From Malacoraja senta (Eukaryota): a DNA stretch of 64,000 nt. Every line of letters starts with the position of its first letter. Position 1 is the stretch's first letter. The stretch is from the NCBI GenBank assembly GCA_038087875.1, contig JAXLNO010000213.1, positions 124,001-188,000 of the forward strand, given 5' to 3'. The notes below the pieces were generated by a model, which saw only the letters and a list, made by a program, of their open reading frames with translations, did not search any database and was not told the origin of the DNA. The translations under genes were made by a program, and so were the position numbers. Shown in pieces: positions 52,226-64,000 of this stretch.

Positions 52226-54080
52226 TGAAACATAGATACGTAGAAACATAGAAAATAGGTGCAGGAGGAGGACATTCGGCCCTTCGAGCCAGCACCGCCA
52301 TTCAATGTGATCATGGCTGATCATCCCCAATCAATAACCCGTGCCTGCCTTCTCCCCATATCCCTTGATTCAACCAGCCCCTAGAGCTCTATCTAACTCT
52401 CTCTTAAATCGATCCTGTGATTTGGCATCCACTGCCCTCTGTGGGATAACATTAGCTATCCTCCAATCGACAGGAACTGACCCTGAATCTATTGAACATT
52501 AGAAAATGATCACCAATGCGCCCACTATTTCTAGAGCCACCTCCCCGAGGACCCTGGGATGCAGACCATCAGGCCCAGGGGATTTAGCATCCTTCATTCC
52601 ATTAGCCTACCCAATACTATTTCTCGCCTAATGCAAATGTATTTCAGTTCCTCTACCCCCTTAGATCCTCTGTCCTCAAGTATATCTGGGAGATTGTTTG
52701 TGTCTTCCTTGGTGAAGACAGATCCGAAGTACCTATTCTACTCTTCTGCCATTTCCTTGTTGCCCATAATAATTTCACCCGTGTCTGCCTTCAAGGGACC
52801 CGCATTTGACTTTGCTACTCTTTTTCCCTTAACATATCTAAGGGAGCTTTTACTGTCCTTCCTTATATTCCTGGCCAGCTTCCCCTCGTACTTCATCTTT
52901 CCGGCCCGTATTGCCCGCTTTGTTTCCTTCCGTTGTCCTATGAAAGTTTCCCAATCTTCTCGCTTCCGCCTACTCTCTGCTGTGTTATAGACCTTTTCCT
53001 TTAGTTTTATTCTATCCCTAACTTCTCTTCCCAGCCACGGTTGTCTCCTACTCCCCTTAGAATCTTTCTTCCTTTTTGGAATGAAATGATCCTGCGTCTT
53101 CCGGATTATGCCCAGAAATTCCTGCCATTGCTGTTCTACCGTCATTCCATCTAGGATCCCTTTACAGTCTACCTTGGCCGGCTACTCACTCGTGCCTTCA
53201 TAGTCCCCTTTGTGAAACTGCATCACTGCCACTTCCGATTTACCCTTTTCCTTTTCAAATTGCAGATTAAAACTAATCATATTATGACCACTACCTCCAA
53301 GCGGTTGCTTTACCTCGAGTTCTCTTATCAAATCTGGTTCATTAGACAACACTAAATCCAGAATTGCCTTTTCTCTGGTAGGCTCCATTACAAGCTGCTC
53401 AAAGAATCCATCTCGGAGGCATTCTACAAACTCTCTTTCTTGGGGTCCTGAACCAACCTGATTTCCCCTGTCTACCTGCATGTTGAAATCTCCCATCACC
53501 ACAGTTGCATTGCCTTTATTACATGTCAGTTTTAACTCCTGCTGCAACTGACACCCTACATCCGCGCAACTATTTGGGGGTCTATAGATAACACCAATTA
53601 GTGTCTTCTTGCCTTTACAATTCCTGAACTCAATCCACAGTGACTCTACCTCGTCAGTCCCTAGGTCTTCCTTCGCAAGGGACTGAATTTCATCCCTCAC
53701 CAGCAGAGCTACCCCCCCCCTCCTCTGCCCACCTGCTTATCCTTTCTATAGGGTGTATGACTCCGAATATTAAGTTCCCAGGCCCGATCCTCCTGCAGCC
53801 ACGTCTCAGTAATCCTCACAATGTCATATCTCCCAAACTATAACTGAGCCTCAAACTCAGCTACTTTACTTCTTATACTTCGCGCATTTATATCCAATAC
53901 TTTTAATTCCTTACGCATCTCACCTTTCACATCGATCCCTATTACACTTGTCCATACTCTCCTATCCCTTTGTCAGCTTTCTTTCCCGTTAATTCTGGGG
54001 TCATGAATCCCTTTACTCTCTTTCCCTTTAAGTCCGTCCTTAACTATCCCATTTGACACCCGCGACCCCCCTTATTTAGT
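52226..54080 (-). mobile_element. CR1/HER1 LINE (paralog of 3588-5066, extending to the ORF2 start)
   Basis: INARSIRSKVAE, GVIYRPPNS, MGDFN and GGSGHNMI, plus the tail. Confidence 0.88.
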
Positions 54081-54283
54081 GGTTAAATATCGTGTGGTGA
54101 AATCATAATTGTAAGCATTGCTAATGCGATGTTCAAATACCATGAAGTAATGTTAATGTTCTTGTTTTCGTCTCCCTGATCCCATGGGAATACTATCTCT
54201 AAGATATCAAGCCTTTCTCTAGAACGCGCTGTCAGTTGCATTCCAGCATCGAACATTGAGCTTCTCTCTCGCAGCTCCCCAGG

Positions 54284-54383
54284 ATGAGAATTATATTCAC
54301 CGATTATCCGTTTTATCTGCTGCCTTCCCTGGTTCAGGCAGAAATGATTTATTACCCGATTGTAGCAGTGCTTGGAATTCTTG
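54284..54383 (+). CDS. GPR139-like GPCR A2, coding exon 1 (MRIIFTDYPFYLLPSLVQAEMIYYPIVAVLGIL)
   Basis: AGGATGA start, 100 nt, strong donor G|GTAAGT. Phase 1 joins exon 2 as GIL-A-NVISIV. Confidence 0.88.
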
Positions 54384-55759
54384 GTAAGTAATTGGATCTA
54401 TGTGATGAATCGCCCAGATAAGCTTGTTTTTATACCCCATCCTTAGCAGATATTTGACGTTTAGATTTCCCTGTCGTCCAATCCATTGAAAGACGACTAT
54501 CGCCGTGTTTCTGACGGCCTGAACTCAGTAATACCTCGTTTCGGTCAGATGAAATGTACATTTTCAACAGCAAATGCTGCAGTTGGTTGAAATGATTTAA
54601 TGTCGTTCATTAATGTTTTGATTGAAACTTCCTGCAGTCAACAAAATATTTTGTATTTACTTTATTGTTTCAATTCATCAGCTGGATACCCCTCCTATCC
54701 GGTGACACCAGGTAACGTCTCGTCATTTAAAGGTGTAATATACGTCGCTTCCTATTCGCCTCTGCGCACACATATATCGTGAGCCGTTAGGTTTCAACAA
54801 ATACTCTGGGTTCAGAGCAAACTTGACGCCGGCTGCGGTGCCGTTGGCCAGAATGTCTCCACTGCTTTACACCCAGGTGAAGGATATTATTCATCAACAT
54901 TGCAATGCCTGCCATGGGTGGATATCCACTCTTTGCAGGACCAAACATAGTCTACTCAAGGGGGCGCTCAATGTTTCATTTTCAACGCATTGGTCTGTCC
55001 TTGCGCGTGAGAAACAGTTGCCTTCTGTGGCATCTGTGACAGTAGCAACATCGCTGCCGCAGGGAATCCATTGCACCGAGTAAACAGCTGATGGAATGCC
55101 CCGTCTCTGCCTGACACTGGTCAGAATCTCAGGTGCGTGTGTGGCGGTTCCGATATCCTCACAATGTGTTTAAGAAGGAATTGCAGATGCTGGAAAATCG
55201 AAGGTACACAAAATGTCTGTAAACAGCAATAGCGAAAATGAGACATTTATACAATTTACAACTGGCGAGATGTTACCGAGAGGCATAGGACAAGAGCGGT
55301 GAATGTCTGATGAATTGAAACGATAAAGTGAAAATAATTGATTTGATTGATTTACTCCGGAACGTTCCAGTCAAACAGAAAATTATGAAAATAACTGCAG
55401 TTAACTGCACCGATGCAATTCGTTGCATTAACTGCATTTGTTACTGTTAGAAATGCACATTTCGTGTTAATAAAAGGAAGCGTAAATGAGTTAAAGACGT
55501 ACAAATTCACGGCTACATTTTCAGTCATCATTACATCTTATCAGATGACATTTGATTTCACTATCGGCTACCAGGAAATGCCGTGGCGTCGCGTTTCATT
55601 TACAGATCACAGATTTGCACCTGCCGCATAATCCATATTTATGTGATCTGATAAAATACTGTGCCGTGTAAATTCAATGTAAAATTACCATTATTTTCAT
55701 TCACGCATCTATTGTGATTACATTCCCCGTCAACACTGGCGACAGTCCTAACAGTGGAG

Positions 55760-56372
55760 ATAAGTAAGTAAGTAAGTTTATTGGCCAAGTATTCACATAC
55801 AAGGAATTTGCCTTGGTGCTCCGCCCACAAGTAACAACATGACATACAGTGACAGTTACGAATGACTCAGAAAACACTAAACATTAATAATAATAAATTA
55901 ATGATAAAACACCATTGATCAAGCATGTGAACCAACAAAATACCAGATCAAAGGGAGGCTACAGATTTTTGGCTGTTGAGTAGAGCAACTACTCGTGGAT
56001 AAAAACTGTTTTTATGTCTGGCTGTGGCAGCTTTGACAATCCGGAGTCGCCTTCCAGAGGGACGTGATTCAAAGAGTTTGGGGCCAGTTTGAGAGGGGTC
56101 AGAGATGATCTTGCCCGCTCGCTTCCTGGCCCTTGCAGTGTATAGTTCATCAATGGAGAGAAGGTTGCAGCCAATAATCTTCTCTGCTGATCGGACGATC
56201 GCTGCAGCCTCCGGATGTCGTGCTTGGTGGCTGGGCCAAACCAGACCATGATGGAGAAGGTGAGAACAGACTCTACGATGGCCGTGTAGAATTGAACCAT
56301 CATTGCCTGTGGCAGATTGTGCTTCCTCAGCTGCCGCAGGAAGTACATCCTCTGTTGTGCCTTTTTGACTAC
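55760..56372 (-). mobile_element. Rex-Babar-type LINE 3' fragment in the A2 intron
   Basis: VVKKAQQRMYFLRQLRKHNLPQ and a (GTAA)n tail. Confidence 0.88.
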
Positions 56373-56544
56373 GTTTCTTTCTCGTTGCCCAACCTTTAAA
56401 AATGTGGTGCGGTTTGCGACTCGCCCTGTCATGAATGTCTATGCTCAACTCTAATCTTCATGTGAAATCGCGTGTTACGTGGGGCACCCTGTACCCTACA
56501 CTGCTAATGCACTTTGTTGATTTTTGTTTCTTCCCCTAACACAG

Positions 56545-57476
56545 CTAATGTGATATCGATTGTCATCCTGTCGCGGGGAAAGTGCGGTCTCTCCAAATGT
56601 GTATCACGCTATCTCGTTGCCATGGCTGCAGCGGATCTGTTGGTTGCTGTAATTGACGTATTACTTTATCGTATCAATGATCTATATTTCCCCACAACTT
56701 TTCTCTTCATTACCCAAGTCTGCTCCTTCCACCGGGCCCTTAACCACGCACTCACAGACATTTCCGTGTGGTTAACACTCTCGTTCACATTTGATCGGTA
56801 TTTGATGATATGTTGCCACAAACTGCGATCCAGATTTTGCACCGAGAAAACAGCAGCCAGGGTTATAGCAACTGTGTGTCCGCTGTTCTGCTGCAAAAAC
56901 ATCCCCTGGTACTTTGCATTTGAACCTTATATATCAGTACACAATGTAGCATGGGGCTGTAATGTAAAACAAGAATGCTTAATTGAAGCCACATGGATAT
57001 TATTCACCTGGATTCACCGATGTTTCAGCCCTGTGCTCCCAATGTTCCTGATATTATTGCTCAATGCTCTAACAGTCTGGCACATTTTAATGGCTAGTCA
57101 AGTCCGCAAGAACCTGAGAGGCAGCAAGAATGCTGCGAATCAGAATGACACCGAGCTGGAAAGCAGAAGGAAGTCAATCATCTTGCTCTTTGCAATTTCC
57201 GGCAACTTTATTATGCTGTGGATGACGTATTTTATATGTTTCCTCTGGACACAGATAATAAAGCGGCCTTATTTTACCGGTTTCAATGACCCGTTGCTTA
57301 TCGCGGACGAAACCAGCTACATGTTCCTGCTTTTGAGTTGCTGCACAAACACGTGTATTTACGCGGTAACTCAGTCTAAATTCAGAGAGGAACTGAAGAG
57401 CGGGATGAAATATCTGCCGAGAATAATGTTTAAACGAGTTAAGGAAGGGCAACAATGTAGAAACTATAGGCAATAA
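56545..57476 (+). CDS. GPR139-like orphan class A GPCR A2, coding exon 2 (intact)
   Basis: Acceptor TTCTTCCCCTAACACAG|CT. Motifs ILSRGKCGLSKC, YLVAMAAADL, SVWLTLSFTFDRY, RRKSIILLF and CCTNTCIYAVTQSKFR. With exon 1 the CDS is 1032 nt (343 aa). Confidence 0.93.
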
Positions 57477-57935
57477 GTTACAGCAGAATTGTATCTCCCG
57501 TTTCATCTACGCCAGCAATATTCTCATGTATATCTGTCCTATCCCAATGCAACATCCAACATATCCTGGAGATTTCTGCATTTTGCGTTAGTGAACGAGT
57601 CGGCAGATGTAGGCTGGGTTAGATACGGAGCGAACTGATGGTCATGGGCTAAATCGTAATCATGCATGCACACAACTCAAATAAAAGCTTTGTTTGTTGG
57701 GAGATCTATGTGGTCCTGGGAAATAGATGGTAGGACATTTGTTTTAGAAAACACGAGACCAAGTGGGACACGTCCCCCAAGTAGGGAGGTGGCGTCACAT
57801 GGGAAGGCTGGACCCCGAATAGCTGCGTCCCTTTTTCCCTTCTCTCCTGCTCTCACACTCCCGCTTATTTGTGATGCGTTGAGTTGTTTCTTGCTGCGTC
57901 TCTTGCGCCCTTTTCTCCTGCTCTCTCTCTCTCTC

Positions 57936-58008
<73 letters not shown>

Positions 58009-59618
58009 TATCTCTGTGAGATTGAGTACTTTCTTGCTGCGGTTCCTGTTCCCTTCTCTCCTGTTCTGTCTCTGGATTATCTCTGAGACGTTGAGTTCTT
58101 TCTTGCGACTCCTCTTGTGCCCTCCTGACCTGATCTCTGTCTCTCTCGATTATTTCTGAGACGTTGAGTTCTTTCTTGTTGCTTCTCATGTGCCTACTGT
58201 TCCTCACTACTTCTCGCTGTCGCTTTTTGACTTTCCTTGACTATCCCGCACCTCCTTTTCTCCGTCATCTAGGCATGATTTTATAAAATTGCAACTGTAA
58301 ATAAAAATATCTTTTTTGTTTAAAATAACCTAATGATTACGTAAATAATACCACAAACACAATCTCAGTTGCTAATGAGCACAGATTAATTGGATGAAAA
58401 TTGAGTCTTTCATGTGGAATTAAAACAATGTGAATGAAAAATATTTAAATTGCAATTGTAAAGGAAAATATTGCTGTATATTTGTTAAAAATTCAACTAT
58501 TCTAAAATAAATTTTAATCAGTGTAATCGCCAGGCCTTTTTGTTAAATCCAACTGTTTAAATAAACTGTTTTAAAATAAATAAAATAGCCCATTCTCAGT
58601 TGTTAATGAACACAGATTAATTGGATGAAAATAGAGCCTTTCCTGTGGAATGAAATCAATGTGAATGAAACGTTTTTTTTATTGCAACTGTAGCTGAAAA
58701 TGTTATGGAAGTGAATCGCAAAGTATGTTTGGAAGTGCTCCTGTGTTGAAATAAAACGTATTCAATCGCGAAGTTGTTTAGAAATCCAACTGTATACCTG
58801 TTCAAAATGATTCAACTCGTAAAATATATCTTAATCAATGTAATCGCCAAGTCTCTTTAAAAATACAACTTTTTAATAAAGGAGCATAGTAAAAGGGCCT
58901 TTAATTGCGACTGTAAATGAATTTCAATAGCGAAGTATTGCATCTGATTCATTGTATTTTTTTTTAATCCAACTGTTTTTCAATAAATGCGATTCAATGC
59001 ACGGAACTCTGGCAAAATAAATGTTAATCAATTCAATTGCCAAGTTTTTCTGCAATAAATGTTAATCAATGAGATCGCCGTCTGTTTTCAAGCAGCAGTC
59101 TAATTGAAGAATAAAATCGTGAAGTAATAATGATAAAGCAAAATGTCCGTCTTTTTTTAAATTGAAAAAGTAAATCAATGCAACATCAATTTTTTTTGAA
59201 ATGCAAGTAATATAAAATATATAAACGCTTATCGTCAAAGAGAGCGAAGCCAGCGAAGTCAGAGTGTTTTGGAAGAGCGGTTGTTGAGCTGTGCTCCGTT
59301 TACGTGGGAGCCTGACGGGTAATCGTTTGAAAAAAAATTGAAAACCAACTGTTGTGAGATAAAAGGATATGAATGAAATGGGGACATTTTTTGCAAGCAG
59401 CAGTCTAATTAAAGTGCGAAATCCCGATTAATCAACAAAATCGGCAATTTCAAAAAATGTCAAAGCGGCGATATAAAAAAAAATAAACATCAATAAATGC
59501 AATCGGCAAGTCTTTTATTAAAACATTTTTTAAAGTATAATTGTAAAATAAAAACTAATGCATTAAATGGCGATTTTTTTTGCAAGCAGCATTCTAAAAG
59601 TGTGGAATCCCCATTAAT

Positions 59619-61400
59619 GTCAAGTCAAGTCAAGTCACTTTTATTTCTATAGCACATTTAAAAAACAACTCTCGTTGACCAAAGTGCTTTACATTGGTGG
59701 AGGTACTAACGTTATACAACAGTGGTTCATAGATTAAGTACATACATAAATACATACATATAGCCCTCCTTCAGAGGACGTCAAGAAAGGCTTGAGAGTA
59801 AAGATGAGTTTTAAGTCTCGACTTAAAAGAGTCGATGGAGGGGGCAGTCCTGATGGGAAGAGTCTAGGAGCTGTTCCACAGTCTTGGAGCTGCAACCGCA
59901 AAGGCGCGGTCGCCCCGGAGCTGATGCCCAGGCCGCGGGATGTTCAGTAACCCCAAGTCGGCCGATCTGAGGGACCTGGAGGTGGTGTGGTGGGTAAGCA
60001 GACTTTTGATGTAGGTGGGGGCAAGCCCGTTAAGGGCTTTGTAGACATAAATAAGGATCTTGAAATATATTCGGAAGCGCACAGGGAGCCAGTGGAGAGA
60101 GACCAGGATTGGCGTGATGTGGTCCCTTTTTCGGGTCCCCGTCACGAGTCTCGCTTCGGCGTATTGGACCAGTTGCAGGCGGGACAGGGAAGATTGGTTG
60201 ATGCCAGTGTAAAGGGAGTTGCAGTAATCGCATCGGGAGGAGATAAATGTGTGGATGCTATCTTCGAGGTCATCAAACCGGAGGAATTGTTTTATTTTAG
60301 CTATCATCCGAAGCTGGAAGAAGCTAGCTTTTACCACGGCATTGACTTGTTTGTCAAATTTCAATGCGGAGTCAAATATCACGCCAAGGTTTTTGACGTG
60401 AGGTTTGAGTAGTGTGGTGAGGCTTCCGAGGCTGCCTGCTATCATTTTGATTGAGTCCGAGGGGCCGAGAAGAATGACCTCAGATTACTCTCGTTTAGTT
60501 GGAGGAAGTTATGGGCCATCCAACACTTTATATCCTCGAGGCAGTGGGTAAGGTTAAGGAGATTTGATTATTTTTTGGGCTTCAGGAGGAGATAGCATTG
60601 TGTATCGTGCGCATAGCAATGGAAGGAAATGCCGTGCCTTTGAATGACGGCCTAAGGGGAGCATATACAGGGAGAAGAGAATGGGGCCAAGGATGGAACC
60701 TTGTGGAACCCCGCAGCAGAGGCCAGCTGGGGAGGAGAAAGAGTTGCCTATGTTAGTAGAGAAACTCCTACCTTTGAGGTAGGAGATGAACCAGCTCAGG
60801 TCTGTGCCATCAATACCAATCCCCGTACCGGAGATGGTCAATTAAGATGGTGTGGTCGACAGTATCAAATGCTGCGCTGAGGTCGAGAAAGAGCAGGATT
60901 GCACAGTCGCCGGAGTCAACGGTGAGCAGTAGGTCATTATGTACCTTCAACAAGGCAGACTCTGTGCTGTGGTGAGCCCTGAAACCTGATTGGAAAGTTT
61001 CCAAGATAGTATTTTGGTGAAGGTAAGCCATAAGTTGACTTAAAATTACCTTTCAAGGGCTTTTGAAAGGAAAGGCAGTTTTGAAATAGGTCTGTAGTTG
61101 CTTGGCAAGGTCGAGTCGAGGTTAGGTTTTTTCAGGAGGGGCTGGACCACCGCATGCTTGAAGCAGGTAGGAACAGTGCCAGTGGCCAGAGAACTGTTGA
61201 AGATGGCGAGGATGCTGGGACCGGCTATTGTAATGACATCCTTAAGAAGTACAGAGGGTACAATGTCGAGGGGGCAGGTTGACCAGTTTTACAAGGGAGG
61301 GTAGAGTCACGGGTTGGAACAGACCAAAGAGACAGCCAGTTCACGGATGGGAGGGTAAATATTCGTTCTGAAGTTCTTTATTTTGCTGGTGAAAAATGTA
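59619..61400 (-). mobile_element. L2-clade LINE fragment (RT and 3' end)
   Basis: [53 protein letters not shown] and AFAVAAPRLWNS. Tail (GTCAA)n...TTTATTTCTATAGCAC. Confidence 0.92.
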
Positions 61401-62106
61401 GTAAATTCCTCGTCAATTCCGAAATGTTTCAATTGAAATGCCTTGTCTATTATATTGCCTTGGCGATTTCGTTGGCTTGTCAAATTCAATAGTCTTGGCC
61501 ATTTCAGTGCCTTGTCAATTTCAATGTCTTGTTGTAGCGGCAGATTTTTATGTCGTTCAAGAGATCCCACAGCCGCTAGGTTCACTACATGGTTAAGGGG
61601 AGTGTCGTTAAACGCATGGAGCTCTCCGTCGGGGACCTTCACAGATACATCTTCATAACACAGTCTTTTGATTAATATATTCTTTATTGTTGATGAAAAA
61701 CAATAATTACATCCAAACTTCTTCCGCCTCATACACTATAATCTTCGTCGAACTCCAGCTTATCGCTTTAAAGGTTAGAAAACTCCTGGTATCTCCGTAA
61801 CGCTTCGCATGGTCAAAGGGTATACCTTCCCCATGCTGGTCCAAAACTAAACTGAAAACTAAGTTTCTGCGCAAGAAACATAGCCCTAAAATACGCCCTA
61901 AATCCCACCCACAATGTAACGGACAATCTAAAATTTAAATACACATGCCTTCATTAATGACACACAAAACAAGCCAAATGGCCATTACCTACCGGCCCCT
62001 AATTGTTCCGAGTATATCACGAGGCAATTATGAATAAACATCAAAAAGGTAGCCATGAAGGCTTAACATATATCAAAACCAAAAATCAGGGAATTGAACC
62101 CCGTGG

Positions 62107-62178
62107 CTCCTCGTCGGTGAATTGAACCCCGGTCTCCCGCGTGACAGGCGGGGATACTAATCACTATACTAACGAGGA
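62107..62178 (-). tRNA. tRNA-Asp(GTC), probably a pseudogene
   Basis: TCCTCGTTAGTATAGTGATTAGTATCCCCGCCTGTCACGCGGGAGACCGGGGTTCAATTCACCGACGAGGAG. It differs from canonical vertebrate tRNA-Asp at the D-loop GG (GA here) and in the T-stem (C>A). Confidence 0.85.
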
Positions 62179-62639
62179 AACAATATATCCTCAATCAGAA
62201 TTCACGGGGCACTATATATCCTCAATCAGAATTCTTCATCGACTCTTCCATCTTAATCTTTCGCTATCTAGAACCAAGCATAACTTGATTATTAATCTTA
62301 TTAAAACATCGTTTTTAGTTTAAAGTCGTACCGTGCGCACCAAACTCTTACAATCAGGCATGATACCCAGTATATAGTTCAAAAGTTTACAGCCCAAAGC
62401 TTTGACGGCATGAAACGTCTTCCTCCATGCCCGATCAACTCATGGATGCGTTGTAACAACAATGTTGAAGTGTGAAAATCCTTCAAAAGGAAAACAGGAT
62501 TTTTACCAATCAAGTTCACCGAGCGGTACACAAAAATGCTGGAGAAACTCAGCGGGTGCAGCAGCATCTATGGATCGAAGGAAACAGGCAACGTTTCGGG
62601 CCGAAACCCTTCAAGTTCACCGATAGGTTTGATATAATT

Positions 62640-63396
62640 TCCGAATCATTAATAGAGATTTAAAATTCCAACTCAAGCTTTGGCCATTCTCTGTCTGGCT
62701 TACAGAGAGATTTTAGTAAATTGATCCATCTCTTACCGCTTAAGAATCGGATCGCCGCAGGATCTCTGTAAACTTCATCCGCAGGATTTTTTACTGTGTT
62801 AACATATTTCAGTTGTACAACATTAGTAACTCCCAATGCTCTTTCCATTGGCACATTGTTTCTGGTTTCTTTGGCCCTTTCATCCAGTGGAATGCTTTCA
62901 CAGTTGTCGCCGATCCACTTGGAAAGTGTGAATCATCCCTTATTGCAAAGGGAAGTCAGATGTTCTTCTGGTTGAATTGCTTCCTGCTTAGTAGTCATGG
63001 ATTTTACGCAATCATCCATGTTGTTATTATTCTTCAAAGAGATTCTTACTTATGAAATGTAGTATTCTAGCCAAACTTGCGTTTCAAATTCTGGGTACGT
63101 TGCTCTGCCATACGACGATTATTGGGTAAACTAACACTTTCTTGCTTGAAAGGTAAGTCCACACAACAGTGTCCATCAGTTTTCACTGAGTAGTTCATAA
63201 TATCCATGAACTTCAACTCTTCATTCGACATCTCTTCAGATTCCTTATTGGTACTTTCATTGAAGGCGTGAGTGTATGGCTTCATCACCGGCTTTTCTAA
63301 TTTATCAGTAGATATCTGATTAACAGCAAAGGTGGGATAGTTTTTCTGATTCTCGTTTTCATTGTTCGTGTAGATTGGTTTATGCATGAGAACCAA
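62640..63396 (-). mobile_element. BEL/Pao LTR retrotransposon pol fragments, internally deleted
   Basis: GHCCVDLPFKQESVSLPNNRRMAEQRTQNLKRKF and the RNase H end YVNTVKNPADE...W...EWP. Confidence 0.8.
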
Positions 63397-63499
63397 TCAT
63401 GGTAGAATAACATCACTAACCCCACCCTACTGTACGATATATACTAACACCCACTTCCTACACTGGTCAGTCTTGGAAGCGGTCACGATGTTCTAACAA

Positions 63500-64000
63500 C
63501 TAACAACCTGCTGTACCGCTGTAATATGAATAATGATTAAAGATGATCTTGAACTCCAGATTGTATTATTTGGATATATACATGGGTATTTTTTGGGGGG
63601 AGGGTTGGAAAAAAGACATGCTCGTTGCGTACACTCTCTCTCTCGTGCACAACGGGCATCCAACGAACGACACCCCTACGAACGGGACGGGTTTACGGTT
63701 CTCAGCATTGATTTGTTCCTACAAAACAACTGCACCGCTTAGCCGAACACACAGCCGCCGACGCTACCCTCCAGATACTTTCATCCATAATCAAAAGAGT
63801 CTGGCCAGACAGACAACCCAGCGTACCAACAGAGGCGCAGACGTTCTTCTTAGTCCGCGATGAACTGGTAAGACAGGATGGTGTCATAAGTGGGATCCGA
63901 ACCCACTTCTGACACCATGTAAATAGCCGAATAATACAATGTGCTGTTCAAGATCATCTTTAATCACTATTCATATTATAGCGGTACAGCAGGTTGTTAG
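63500..64000. mobile_element. MITE/foldback-like element with ~86-bp inverted repeats (63500-63585 and 63915-64000)
   Basis: CTAACAACCTGCTGTACCGCT.TAATATGAATA.TGATTAAAGATGATCTTGAAC and its reverse complement. The right end runs to the window edge. Confidence 0.75.

Larger units (their letters stand above)
42786..59617 (+). repeat. Segmental duplication copy 2 (includes the L1 insertion and the intact A2 gene)
   Basis: Colinear with 1-~8290. Confidence 0.92.

Noticed and set aside
56514..56544. ORF-track starts at 56514 and 16231 as true start codons
   Set aside because: They are non-ATG codons within or overlapping the splice acceptors. The real starts are in the upstream exons.
61400..61680. 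Non-L2 part of ORF 61307-61732 as a gene fragment
   Set aside because: No recognisable motif or splice support.

Overview
Repeat-dense vertebrate genomic DNA. A skate/ray or other cartilaginous fish is inferred from the HER1/CR1-type LINE tails, Rex-Babar and L2 LINEs, Penelope-derived repeats and the receptor family. The window holds a birth-and-death cluster of four GPR139/GPR142-like class A orphan GPCR loci with a two-exon architecture, in two subfamilies. A1 (5065-5755, +) is a 5'-deleted pseudogene. B1 (18675-15296, -) is intact, 334 aa. B2 (39180-42202, +) is a frameshifted pseudogene. A2 (54284-57476, +) is intact, 343 aa. The short first exons of B1, B2 and A2 are absent from the ORF track but are supported by in-frame phase-1 splice sites. 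The cluster was built by a direct segmental duplication (1-~8300 vs 42786-~59600) and an inverted duplication (~13880-19040 vs 38820-~43015). Paralog differences concentrate in extracellular, ligand-facing segments, suggesting a diversifying chemosensory-like repertoire. Other notable elements: a decayed ~970-codon DDE transposase fused to a C-terminal Spindlin-type (Spin/Ssty) Tudor-like domain, a full-length 6.2-kb L1 with 10-bp TSDs, non-autonomous Helitrons carrying minisatellites, a DIRS terminus, Gypsy and BEL/Pao remnants, hammerhead-ribozyme motifs, a 1.5-kb (TTAC)n grown from a LINE tail, and a tRNA-Asp copy with a genomic CCA. Repeat family names are assigned by motif recognition only and most repeat boundaries are approximate.
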